Shown here: positions 33,826 to 46,784 of the stretch, piece after piece
Layout of the letters: the number at the start of each line of letters is the position of its first letter
How positions within the stretch are numbered: position 1 is the first letter of the stretch
Source of the DNA: Podospora anserina
Taxonomy: Eukaryota
Length of the DNA stretch: 64,000 nt
NCBI GenBank assembly: GCA_017654855.1
Contig: CM030332.1
Coordinates: 7,750,001 to 7,814,000 of the forward strand
Reading direction: 5' to 3'
Program-made: the position numbers and the translations under genes
The notes under the pieces: generated by a model
The model's database searches: none
What the model was told of the DNA's origin: nothing
The model's input: only the letters and a program-made list of their open reading frames with translations

Positions 33826-36800
33826 GGTAGTTCAGAGGTGGCCAGTGCGGCTGGCAAAAGTGGCCCGGGTTTGGGTAAAGTTCTTCAGTTCAGTTTTGGC
33901 CAAAAAATGGCAGCTGATCACACACCCTCAGCTCCTTCTCTCACTTGCACGTCAGGGCCCACCTCCTTCCTTTTCCCCTCCGAAAGCTATGACCCTTGCA
34001 TTGCACCAATCACAGAACAGCACAGGCTAAGAGCACGCCCAGAACGGAAAGTGCTCATGGAGGGCGGGGGATGGGAACACAAGAGACGGAGGCAGGCAGG
34101 AGAGTAGGCAACACTGCATTTCATTCCTCTGCATCTCACACTCTGACTCGCATAATCGATCTCGCGAAGCAGCGGTCTCGAACAGGGACCAGTACGAGCG
34201 GGAAGCAGCAGCATCGAGCGTCGACAATACCTCCGCCGCGCCATCGCCATCTGGCTGGCTGTCTGTTGGTCTGTCACTGTCTTGAGCCACGCTGTCTCAC
34301 GGACTTAGCTATCCACCCCCCTCCCCCCCTCCCTCACTCTCCCACCCAGACATCAACTGACCCTTCCGCAGCTTCCGGCCGGGCCAAGCACTGCTGATTA
34401 AAAACTCCCGCTCAGTGTGTCACTGTCGCCGTGGATCTTTAAGCGAACCGGGCCGACCGCCTCTGCAGCTCCAATACGCGACTTTGCCGCCGCCGTGTCC
34501 CGCTTCTTGATCAGATCTTACCATGGAACACGAGCGCTATGAAGGGGGCCCTGTGCCTGCCGCCCCAAGAGCCAAAAAAACCTTTGCCATGGCAAAACAC
34601 TCACACGGACTAGCCCACAGCTACGCTAAGTTAGTGTGCGTGGTATCATCCATGCAGCAGGGATGGCTCCAAGATTTTTCTGCGAATGGCATGCTGTTGG
34701 CAAGTAAGCGTCGTGTGTGGAGGCAACAACAAGAAAACGAGAAGCGATCACGCTGCTGATGAGCAGGACAGATACAGGGTCATATCCCAGGCACCCGAAT
34801 TGCCGTGGGTGGGGTGGGAAACAAATAACATGCATGTAACAATGGGACGGGCCAGTGGCAAGGGTGCGGTGTTCCGGCTGGCAAAAGACGGAGGGTGTGA
34901 TATTGATGGTGGTTTGCTGTTGTAATGGATTGGACTGTCTTGAGAAAGTCCTCGGCGAGCAGCAAGGGAGATGGGAGAACACAAGGGCCGTGTCTGATGA
35001 CGCGTGAGGAGCTGTTGCTCCCCAGCTTCGAGAAAAAAACGTCCATCGATCCGGAAACGTGTCGGCAGGGTTCGTGCTGGAGATCTATTGGACGTTCCCG
35101 TCCCAGCGTCCAGGACAGTGGGTTGAGTTGGCGGCAATCCAAGTCGGAGACTAGCGAAGCCCGCCCCACTGGAGTGCTGGATCACTCTCGGGCCTGTCCG
35201 CGGGACTCCAGCTCACAGCTCACAAAAGTCACAACCTCACGGCTCTGCCATTGCATTTTCCCGGCCTGCCGCCCGTTATGTTGTGGGTGAGTTGTGGGTC
35301 GCGCATCGGCCTTTGTGTCCGCTGCCCGCTGCTGACGGACGACAGTTGCAGGTATAGCCATGCGCTAGTATTGTGCTAACATGAGAGGGCCCTCGCATGG
35401 CATCCTTGCCCCCTCTTCGAGCCAGCCTTCCCGATCGCGGAGCACTGCTCTAATGGACCGATTGCCCCTCTCGTCCGCCTTCACCGTGGACGAGTGAGAA
35501 GAGCCAGAGGGCTTTCTGCTTCTGTCGACGTGCAGTTAGATCCAGGCCTACAGCTTCTCACATATACCCACCGAGAGTGCGAAGGGACGGACGAACTCGA
35601 TGATGAGGTGGGAGTCGTCACGTAGCATCGCCGCGATTCTGAACCTCGACCCCACTGCATCACACCCTCCCGGGCCAAAGGTGATGGTGGAAGATAATGC
35701 TGGTGTGGTAAGACGGCTTGACACGGGAAACGATAGAATCGAGCGCCATACACAACTAACTGGTCATACTTGTTACACCGTCAACTTGTCAACGACCGGC
35801 ACTTGTGTCCAGCAACCGAGCCCGACTTTGTTCCGGTGCTGTCGCTGCCCTCATGGCCCAGGAGCCTTGCAGTCTGATTCGACCGATTCATCATCAGGGC
35901 GGTGCCAACCGTGCGGGTGGAGCTCCTCGCCGGATGTCACGCTAACGAGCGGGTGTGCGAGGGTCGCCCGTGCGTTGCAGTCCCGCGTCGGGTCCTGTGC
36001 CAACCCAGAAAAGCCGATGGGCCTTGTAACACGACGGGACGGGTGGGCAAACCGTCAGAAACCGCATCAAGAGATGTGTCAACCAGACGATTTCCCCCCC
36101 GCCCTCCACCAGAGACGAACGGACAACCGCTATTGGCAATTCGCCCCGGGAATCATACACATCTATTCTCCCCTCCAGAAGGACCCTCTTGGCAAGCATA
36201 CACGACGCACAGAGCAGTCTGGGACAGCCTCGAGCCTCGGTGATCGGTGGCCGGTGGAGCCAAGGATCGGGTGGATCGAGTGACTGCGGCATGGGGATTC
36301 GCGTGCCGCCCGCTCCTCTTTTAGGCTCATCCCGCTGGCCTTCTTCCGGACCTGGTCTCTGATAGGCCCACCTGAGCCCATACCCTTGCACCATTCTGAC
36401 CGCAACTGCACGGCGATGGCTTGCTCAAGTACGGTACAGTGGAAGTTGCTCAACCTATTGGCCGGTCCTCGATCACGTTCTTTCTAGCCTCAGCTTCCCA
36501 TTTCCAAGGACGTGGAACCATCAGGGGCCACAGCAAGCCAATCCGACATCGTGCCCACCATGGGATGCGGCCAAGCATAACTCTTGGTGCGCGGGGGGGG
36601 GAAACTGAGGCAGGGCTCCGTGCCACCCCGCCACTCCGCGTTGGACGAGTTGCTTCCATATTACCATTCTCACTTGTACACATGTTCGGTTCGCTGCATG
36701 CCATCAATGACACGGGGTTTCCGGCCCCCCATTGGACAACCGTGGTGGGAGGATGAGCTATTACTGCGCAGCTATCTCGAAATGCGTAAGAGGGTGCACG

Positions 36801-39800
36801 CAAAGGTACTGCGAAAGTCATATAGCTCGCGCACACAAGCTGCATGCGGGGAGAGGTCCGAGATCTTCTGGTCACACCCGCCTCGCTTGTGATGCCCGTT
36901 GCTGCGAAGTTTTGCTTTTGTTTGTGCGTCGGTTCGTCGTCATGACAGGTTTTTCAGCACCGCCTCTGTGGTAGAAAGGTGTCGCGATGTTGAGGGAGCG
37001 ATATCTGAACATACATGGTCACAACCTTGGTACATTCCTTCCGCTTCGGTTCTGCACCTCGGTGCTACTGAGCTCGGTTACGGCCTATCCAAGCCGACAA
37101 GCATCAGCGCAGTTGGGCGGTGTGCTCAACCAGGGGGAGCAACTTCAGCCGCGGCCGTGGGCGTGCATTTCGCAGCATCCTCCGCTATGGGCTGCATACG
37201 TTCACCGTCAAGATTTGATTGAGTGCTGGGAATGTGTATTGAACTGGGTTTGTGCGGGAATATGTTTGGCCAAAGTGATAGCCTTTTGCGTTTCAATCCC
37301 GGCTCACCGGTCCCATCGTCTCGTCAGGCCTGATGGGATGTTTGTTGATTCAGGATGAGAGCGGGGGATGATCTCAGGATGGTAATCCTGACAGCGACAA
37401 TCCAACCTCTTTCCGATGTGGGCTGTGTCCATGTGAGGGAGAAGAAGCGCCCAGTTTCGGGTTCGGGCGTGTCTTCGGGCATAACCATATATGAGGTCTC
37501 GCTTTGCTACACAAGACATCATGGACTGACGAAAACTTGGGGTGACCAAAACAAGCAGAGCATCTGAGAAGAATCATAGCCCTGCATCTACAGTAGTGGT
37601 ATCTGGTACCCCCCGCGAATCCCCTTCTCAAAATGGGAACAGGCAGCGGCAGCAGGGGGGGACGTCCCGCGGGTCTGTTCCCTCGCCTTGGGTCTTGCAC
37701 CCCCGTCTCATCTGATGCCTGGCCATTGAAGGGAGAGAGTGATCAGCAATCTTGCAAAATCGTCACAGCTACTTGTGACAACCGATAAGAGTAATTTTTC
37801 TAGCCAAGCGTTCACTTCGGTCAACCGAATGTTGGTATTGCAAACCAGTCGAAGACGAGTTGCAGGTCTCATCAAGGCTGTACGACAGCAGCAATGCCGA
37901 TATTTGCAGACACACAGGGCTCGGTCAGTCTTGCACACAACTCTAGACAGTATCACAGCAGGAGCTGAAGTCTGTTTGAGCAACCCCCCACAACAGTGAC
38001 ACCTGTCTTGAGCAACGGGTCCATGGAGAGATATTATTATCCACCGACATGTCTTGCATGGTTCAAGACACGCGGCATGTTTCTTCTTGGTGGCAGAAAC
38101 ATCCATCAAGCGAGCTGAACTCAAAACGCCTTCAAGTCCATCCGCTAGTTCCACCCGGGGGCAAATTGAGCCTACCATCTCTCTTCAGCACCACCTCTCG
38201 CTTTGGGCCGTATGGACACCAATTCAATGGTAACATGACCAAAGGCTCGGTTGGGTCATGTACGATCGAGGACTTATCGCCCGTCATGCCCCTTCATGGC
38301 CCCAAGTTCTCAGCTCACCATAGTCTGCCCAGCTTCATGAAGCAGAATGGCGCGGTCGCCAGTTCCTCACGTCCCAGGTCTTCTGCAAGGCAATCTTGCG
38401 TGTCTTCATACAAAAGCCGAGCATTCTCTTGTAGTGCAAATACCTGGCAGTTCTCATGCCGGCCCAGCGTCCAGTCGACGGGTAGCCAGATCGCCGGAGA
38501 GCACGCCAACGATGCTGACCAACTTTCGGAGCAGTAGCAGGGTGTCACGACAGCAGCGCGTGGTGTGTTTCTACTAGGCGTCATTTGGCTCACGTTTTGC
38601 TGGACCAACGACTCTTCGGTCAACTTCAACATGGCATCAAATATGACCAGTCATTTTCTTCATCGCCTTGTTGCGTTTGGAGGTTCGCCAATCTCCATGT
38701 ATAGATTCCGGGCGTGGCTTAGCAACTGTTGCTACTCCAATTCGGCCCTGACATGGATGGGATGGCTGTGAGGTCGTAGAGGCATATCCCGTCCGCAGAT
38801 GGCCTCTTTGACCTCCGTACTGGTCTGACCACCTCAGTGTGCTTGACGGGCCAGGTCCTCGCTGGCAGCGGAATGATGCGGAGTGTCCAGTTCGAGCCCT
38901 TTCCATACATCCCCTTCGAAGCGAGGCGATGTCCGAACAATGGCCACGACAAGGTCAGCCAAGGCTAATGTCGGTGGGTTATGTCTCCATTCCAGCACTG
39001 CGAACGTCGTCTGGAAGGGTCAGCTGGCTGAGAGTTGGCCAAGGCGGGCGTGTTTGAAAAACAAATTCATACTCGACAGGTGCATTGTTCGAAACGCTGG
39101 CTACGTGGCGAGGGGTAGGCAAGGGATCCGTCGCTTGGGATAATTTATCTGGCCCAAACACCCGCGGCCCGGGCGAGCGGTCGGACAAATCTCACTATGC
39201 GCAGATTGTATCTTGAATAGCTATCAGAACAGGTGTTTGGGCCCGAATGGCCGCCAACGAGACGCCCTTTTAACGCAGCAAAGCGGCACAAAACAACCAC
39301 TTCGAGAGCGAACGGGCGGCTCGACGTCCAGAAGCGACGAAAAGGCGGTCAACATTCAAGCAAAAAACTAACAATGAGCCGGACACCCGAATCCTGATCA
39401 CATTTGTCTGTCACAAGCAGAGAGAGAACAATGGGCCATGACAAACTGAAAGTGGTTGGAGCGGTTGTTAGGCGGCGCCCATCGTGTAGCTGAAAAGGGC
39501 TACGATTGGGTATTACGGCTCATTGCTTTTTCCGTGAAACAACAGCATACGCAACCCGCACACCCAAACTTGCAGGGGTCGAGACGAATGAGCGCACGAG
39601 ATGTCAGTCACGTGAGCAAAAGCTGCTGTACTCCACAGATTCGCTTCCGCGCGAATTTCCGTAAGAGAAAACGGTCCTCGCGTGGGAATGGCTGGAAGGG
39701 GCTTTGCAAATGGAGGGGGACGGGGCCACATGCGGAGAGGCCTGGCACCTCCCTTGCTCACAATCGTGCTCATCGTGATGCCAGGTGCTGGGCGTTCTGG

Positions 39801-42800
39801 GGGTGTTCAGGGTGTCAAAGGTAGCAAAAGTCCCAGGATGGCCTGTCCAGGAGGGCTTGTTTTGGATCCCCTGGCCGATGGCCCGGGTTGTCTTCGGTGA
39901 CGGGAGTGGCGTGAGTGGCGACCGTGGAGGGTCATTGCTCAGCTGCTCCGTATCGCCCTTCCCCGAAATCAGATCTGGGAATGCCCCAGCTCTTGCAATC
40001 GCTTGGCAGAAAATGGGAACCTCCATCAGGGCGGGGGGCAGTCCGTAACAGTAACATCCACCCAAGCAACTTGATACCATACACGGACCGAGCGACACCG
40101 CCGTTCCCTCTCCCCCGTATCGCTTTTTATTCAAGAGGGGACGAGTCTCGCGCGCTTGACGAATCGAAGGAACCCAACGAGAGACGATGCAGCAACATGT
40201 ATCCGAATCAAACCCCTTCACCAGCACACTCCCCTACATGAGCTAATGCCCCCCACCTCACCGAGGCCGCACACCACAGCACACCGCACCCCCAAATCGC
40301 CCTCAATACGTGACATCTTTACATGCGGCGGCACAATCGCGGTGAAAAGGCCCCTCCAGGCCTACAGGGCTGTCGAACAAAGGGAGACAGGGCATCCAGG
40401 GGGCCCTGTAGAAATCATGTTACACTGAGGGCCGCGAACTGTACCTTCCCGTTCCGCGCTTCCCGGGTGCCATGTCTGTCATTGCCTCATTCCTGCAGTT
40501 CTGCTGTCCCGCTGACGGAGAGGAGAAAGCCACTGGCACACTGGCAACTGTCGCCCAACAAGCCGAAGTGGTCGGAGTTGGGGGGTAATCGTCGGGCTGT
40601 CGACACCTTGACCAGAATCCAGGTGTAGGGCTGAGCGGGAATTTCCTGACCGCTTTTGTTGGAATCGATCAGCATCAGGAAGTTCACACGACCCTTGGCC
40701 TCTTGCTCCCCCTCACCCTTGACTGCCGGCCGGCCGATCTCGCTAGACTCGGTTCTTGTCACAGTGTAAGTGTAAACTTCAGCCAGCCTCCTTCGAGCGG
40801 CCGAGGGTTTGTTACGATACCTGCCACCTGCTGCTGCGCGGGCCCTGCAGCAACTGCTGCGGCGATATGCCCTGTGGTGGCACAGAGGCACCCAGTCGAG
40901 GTGACTTCCTGGCTGGATAAACACTGCTGATGGTGCAGATGGTCCTGTGCAACCAACCTTTTCAGGCCGCCTCACCACGACCGCAGCTCTCCAGAGCTCT
41001 TCCTCACCAGGGGTTGGGGGAGCACACGAGCTTCACACAACCGATGTCATCCGACTCACACAGCCGCCAGGAGACCACTGTGTGCATACAGGTACCTTGC
41101 GGTGGCACAGGTCACTTTGCGAGAGGTGATAGCTCGGACGCAGGTTTCTCTCAATCTGGTCATCCGGCAGCGCCCTTCGCCGAACCTCCAGTCTCCCGCG
41201 CGGCAGGACTTGTTTGGATCTGACAGGCCGGTCGAAGAGGGGTCTTATGCTGCCGTCCCATGTTTTTTCGAAACGCCGGCCAGGCTTTTGTAGGGATAAG
41301 GTTGGGATTTTGCAGCAATGCGTTGGCAGGCTCCATATATCAACCCACGCACTTCGGTCACGGTTCAGGTGGTTGGAAACCTGTCGGAGAGATCCTCCCT
41401 CTGCTTGTCCACCAGGCTAATGTGAGATTCGTTTCAGTCATCACCTCTAACGAAGCCGATTGCGCCTCCATCTTGACGCCGGCCCGGATATGACCACCTC
41501 CCTCACTGCCTGCGTGGCCCGAGAGGAAAACCGATAAATCTAGTGTGTTTTGTGGTGATGTTGCAGTCCCCTGCTCCCTCCGATGCCGATGCGGGCAGTG
41601 TGGGCAAACAGACGGACGCAGCGCTCGTGCAACAGGCACAGAGACGCCCTTCCAATGCAGAACCAAAAAAAAAACAACTCACAGAGCCGGTCAGCTCGCA
41701 ATATAACACTCAATTGGAAACGAATCCGGACAAACGGCGGTGAGGATGGCGGACCCCCGTATCGCCTACCGGCCGACCATTGCCAACACGGCACCGCATC
41801 ACACCTCACTCACCTTGGGACCCTCACCCCATCAGTCAATCTCGGACCTGCTGGTTGCCCAACGCGCGGGGCTCGGTGCTGTGCGCCCACGGAAAAACAT
41901 TTCGAATGATGTTTGGATACTCGCAGCAAGCATGTCCTGTCCCGCTCCTCTGATGCGGCTTGGTACAGGCAGGCCACCGAAAGCTGGTCGGCTGCCTGCC
42001 GGTATATGTCCGCAACATAAGGGGCTACATCAAGACATGATGTCGTCTTGAAGCTTCCCCGCACCCCAGCAAAGCCGGCTAGCCAACCATCCAACCAGTC
42101 CAACAACCGTCGGGTCACGGGTCGATCGAGTGATGTCTGGCAATCCGGTTTTCTGGGCCATTTTCTCGTCTTGTTTTGCGGCCCAATAAACGCCTCATTG
42201 ACGGGTGCCCGTTGAAAGCCGTCCCTGTTGGCAGGAACTGGGGTTGCACCAAGGAAGGGTGCCGCCAGCCAGTGCTGGGTGCAGCGGGTATTATCTAAGT
42301 GTGCAGTGACCCGGCTGGAAAAAAAGTGAGATCTGACACTTCCGCCCGAGGACGGGTACGGGCGGGAGACACAGGGAGAGCAGGTACATCATCAGCATGG
42401 GTGTCCTAACTGTTCTCAGGAGCCCAAAGAGATGGAGCAGGTTGTGATGAGTATCACACAGCATACGCATGTGGAGGTGGGTAAAACTCCGGTGCCACGG
42501 TCACTTTTTGCTCCCCTCCTCATGATGATGATCTGATGGGTTGCTTTCTCTCTCCCCTCCCTCCCCTCCACGCAGTCACAGGGTCCGAAGAGGGCTCGCA
42601 CCTTTTTCCTTCTTGATACCACCGCCCACCACCCTCTTCGCGAAGCGTGCTTCCTTAGCTTTGTGGCCCTGCCCTTCCCTTCCACCACAACCCCGCTTAC
42701 CGACATCAGGTTGCAGGAAGCCCGCCGCAGCCCGCTTGCCGGTCTGTTTTTGCCTGGCTGTGCATCAAGCACCATGGCACGACAGCAAAAGGTGACCAAG

Positions 42801-44500
42801 GTGCAGCAAGGCAGCGGCGCGTGAGGGATTTGCCTCGGTTCGGTGGCTTTTTTTTATCATATGAACTTGCAGTTGATCAAGGCAGGAAGATGGGCGGAGA
42901 GATGGTGAAAGAGAGAGAGAAACGCGGGGCAGCTATCCGTGGTAAGACAGGGTAGGTAATCTATGAGACTGGTCTGGACTGAGATTGATGTTTCGCCGGG
43001 CACCACCACCACCGTGAACCAAACCCCGGGCTGAGCCGAAGGTTGGTACTTGGTAACTATACGGCCTGGGGACTTATCCATCTGATATTAGATTGTTACG
43101 CCGTGGATTAGATTACAATGCAGCAGTCGTCATATGAGGTCTAGACAGGATTAAAGGGGTGTGCGTGGTGTGCGTGGGTGTGCGTCACCGCACCCTCTCG
43201 TGAGGACAAGAAAGAAACTAAACGGTTTGATCTACTCGATTGTTTATGCGCGCGGGAAGATCAGATGCTGTGGAGGATTCATGCCTGCATTGGCTTTGTT
43301 TCGTGACGTCCCCTTTTGTCGTCTTCTCTTCCCCACACCGGCCGGCAGTTTTTTATCACGCAAGGGCTCGTTTTGCTTTCTTCCAAGTTCTTGGAACAAG
43401 CAAGGGACACTTGTTGCGGACCGACGCGAGGAGGGGAAGGGGGAAAGATCGTCGTTTGTTTGGAAATGCAGGTGATCGTTTTTGGTGGTGGATGATGTCT
43501 GGGACGCTAGCGAGAGTTATGTGTTTATCCTATTGTTGGTAGTGGTGGTGGTGGTGGTGGTGACTCCTGGAGAGGAGAGGGGGTGGATTTACCGACCTAG
43601 CAGGGGGCGTGGGAAAGGTCTTGTCTTTTTTCTTCTGTCTCGCTGTTGTCTTGGAGTGTTGTGATGTTGTTTCTGATCACCAAAACATGAAATCTGGGGG
43701 GCAAGCAAAAAAGAAATTATGGTGCAGTGAACCAGACAATGATTGATCGATCGGAGCTGATGTGTGTGTGTGTGTGTTGTTGCTTAAGCGAGGCAACAAA
43801 GGAATGAAAGAATGTCTCTGTCGGACCCAAAAATATATTTCATGATGTCTTTCTTGTCTTGGGGACATACGATGGTGCTTTTGCTCTGGGTGGACGGTAT
43901 ATGGCATACCAAGAGGAGATGTTCTGGACTCTTTCCTGGGCGGTTTTTCTTTTCTGCGCTCATTCCATCAGCACACACACCACATCACACCACACCACAC
44001 CACACCACACCACCATACCATCCTTCCTCCCTTTGTCAATGATGGACATTTTTGATGTGAAGAGGGCTGGCTGGCTGGCTGGCTGGCTGGCTTGGGTACA
44101 AACAAGCAGAGCGGGCGGGCAGGCAACTTGGTTGGTTTTGGCGTTTAGGGGGTGGTGCTTGCTGCTCCGTCCCGCTCCGTCCCGTTGGGCGGGCTTGAGC
44201 GTCGGGGCGATTCCATAGGCTGGGGCGTTTTTTTTTTTTTTCCTGCCGTGTGCCGTTGGGAACTCTTGGGGGCTTACGGATACAGGGCACTGTGTGTAAT
44301 TTTGGTGGAAGGGAGCAGTTTACGGTTTGATACACAGGCAGAGACGCTGCCTAAATGGGGTAAGAGTGGGCTTGTTACCATTACACACAATTTCACGCTG
44401 AGGGCAGCGTAATACAGTCTTGTAACGGTCGGGTTGATGACCATCAGTGAGGTCCGTCATTGAAAGATTGGTCATCATCAGCGTTGGCCTCCAAGTGTGT

Positions 44501-44501
<1 letters not shown>

Positions 44502-44534
<33 letters not shown>
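44502..44534. repeat. (GAC)11 microsatellite
   Basis: Direct observation. Confidence 0.9.
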
Positions 44535-45104
44535 AGAGTGAAAGCAACCAAGCTGTCGCAGAGTTGTTGGAGAGGGTAAGGGAAACTCGCCGGGGTATTT
44601 GAATTGTGAGTAGATATTCACAGTCATTTGAGTTGCTCGTGTGAGGGTTGAGGTGAATATGTGCCCGATATGTTTCCGGAGAAGAGGGAAGATGTGTGTA
44701 TTTATATGTCCAGAGTGGAAGGACAAAGAGATCACAAGAGTTCCTGACGTGTAGAGATATTCATTATCAGATTTCGCACTTTCTGATTTGATTAGGTATG
44801 TGGTGTTGGATTGTGGAGTTGAGGTTGGATTCAAGGTTGGATTCAAGGTTGGAACTTTCGACAGCCACGAGGAAGCTCTCGCTGGGTTGGACCACAACTT
44901 GCTTCTACGACTATCACTGATGAGAATCACTAACCAGAAATCAATCAATGGGGGGGAATCCAGATGCTAACGAGCATGCTTTCCCAGATATTTGTACTCC
45001 ATCACCACGATCGGCCCGTCAGCACCGTTCAACCATCCATATCACCGACCTGCTGATCACGTAGCCAGCTGGCTTTCCTCAGCCGAAACTCTCACCATCT
45101 CAAC

Positions 45105-46407
45105 ATGGCCGATCACCCTCACACTCACGGTTCCCATCATGGCCACTCCCACGGACACTCTCACGATCATGGTCACTCCCACGCTCACGGCCACGGAGAG
45201 ACTCAAAACAGGGAGTACTTCAAGTACGTCACCCTTCACTCCCCCAGACATTGTTCCCAGTTGCTAACGTTCGAGCGAAGTCAACAAGCATCCTCTTACG
45301 ACTCCAAGCACGAGAAAACCCTCGACAAGCTGGTTGAGGAGATCAGGAAGCGGATCGATTTCATTGGTGTTGAGTGGGCTGACGAGGAGAGCTCCGGTGA
45401 CGAGGAGGAGAAAAAAGAGGACAACAGGGAGAAGAGGGAGGTGAGGGAGGTGAGGTTGTTGGATTATGCTTGTGGGACCGGACTTGGTGAATCTCTGCAT
45501 ATATCCAAAACACAGAGAGGACAAGGCTGACACGTGTTGATGACGGTAGTTTCGAGGGTATGGTACCTTTTACTCAACCGGTATGGGAAACCTATATGCT
45601 GATGTGACTATATAGGCTCTTGCTCCGTATACCACCCAGTGTGTCGGCATTGATTTGTCCGAGAATATGGTACGTCCTCTTCCTGGTGCTGAGCTTGCTT
45701 CAGAGGCAAACAAGCACGCATGGCTGACAGGAAGAAACCAGGTGGCTACCTACAATGCCAGAGCCGCAAATCAGGTAAGTTTTGAACCGGGTTCCCCCCC
45801 CCCCTCCCCCCCCTTCTTCAGCCCCTTTATCGCTGCCAGTCAACCAACCCCCATCACCAACTACACCCAATCCTTGATCACCACACCTCACCTCCATCTA
45901 TCCCCTTTACGCTCCCCCCTTTCACAAGCCAGTGCTAACATCCGTTCCCCCCCCCCAAAGGGCCTGACCCCCGAAGAAATGCACGCCCACGTCGGCAACC
46001 TGTGCCTCCCCACTGACTCCCCTTCCTACCCCACCCAAACCCAACTCTTCTCCTCCTCCGACTTCTTCTCCTTCGACCTAGCAGCCATCTGCCTAGGCTT
46101 CCACCACTTCGACGACCCTCCCCTCGCAGCCCGCCGCCTCGTTGAGCGCCTCAGGCCCGGCTCCGGCGTGCTCATGATTTTGGACTTCCTCCCCCACGAA
46201 AAGATGGACGCCTCCCATCCTGCCTCTGGCACTGTCATCCACCACGGCTTTTCCAAGGAGCAGATCCAGAAGATCTTTGAAGATGCCGGAGCAGGAGAGC
46301 ATTTCGCCTTTGAAGAGCTGGCGGTTGTTTTCAACAAAGCTGCGGGGACGAGGGAGGAGATGAAGAGGAAGATTTTCATGGCCAGGGGGACGAGGAGGGC
46401 GGAGTAG
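45105..46407 (+). CDS. Class I SAM-dependent methyltransferase with His-rich N-terminus (6 exons incl. 8-nt microexon 45550-45557)
   Basis: Motif I RLLDYACGTGLVSRAL, then CVGIDLSENMV, FDLAAICLGFHHFDDP and RLRPGSGVLMILDF. Five GT-AG introns restore one frame. Confidence 0.9.
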
Positions 46408-46784
46408 AGTCATACCATGCCGGTGAGGGTCAAATCAGTGTTGAAGGACTGAACAAGATAGGATTGTAGAATGAAGTATGTTGGCTTACCTGTTCCCTTA
46501 CATTGAAATGTCACTTTGTCTGCCGCAGGACCACAAATCACAAAACAAAAAAAAAGCAATTAGACGCAGTGAAACATTGTCTACCCATCACTACCTAGCC
46601 TCGGTCTAACGAATGCCGTTTTCATAACACCATCCCATGCTTCTGCGTTCTACCGGAATACAAAACATTGAACCCAATGACAGTCTGCGTCCGATAAAGC
46701 CCCACCCATACCAACGCCCTTTCTCCTGGTGCTATGCCGTCATGTCTGCGTAAAAGGACAAAGTGATTTGCGGATGAGAGTCGC

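Noticed and set aside
44822-44853. (AGGTTGGATTCA)x2.7 repeat upstream of the methyltransferase
   Set aside because: A simple local duplication with no further evidence of function.
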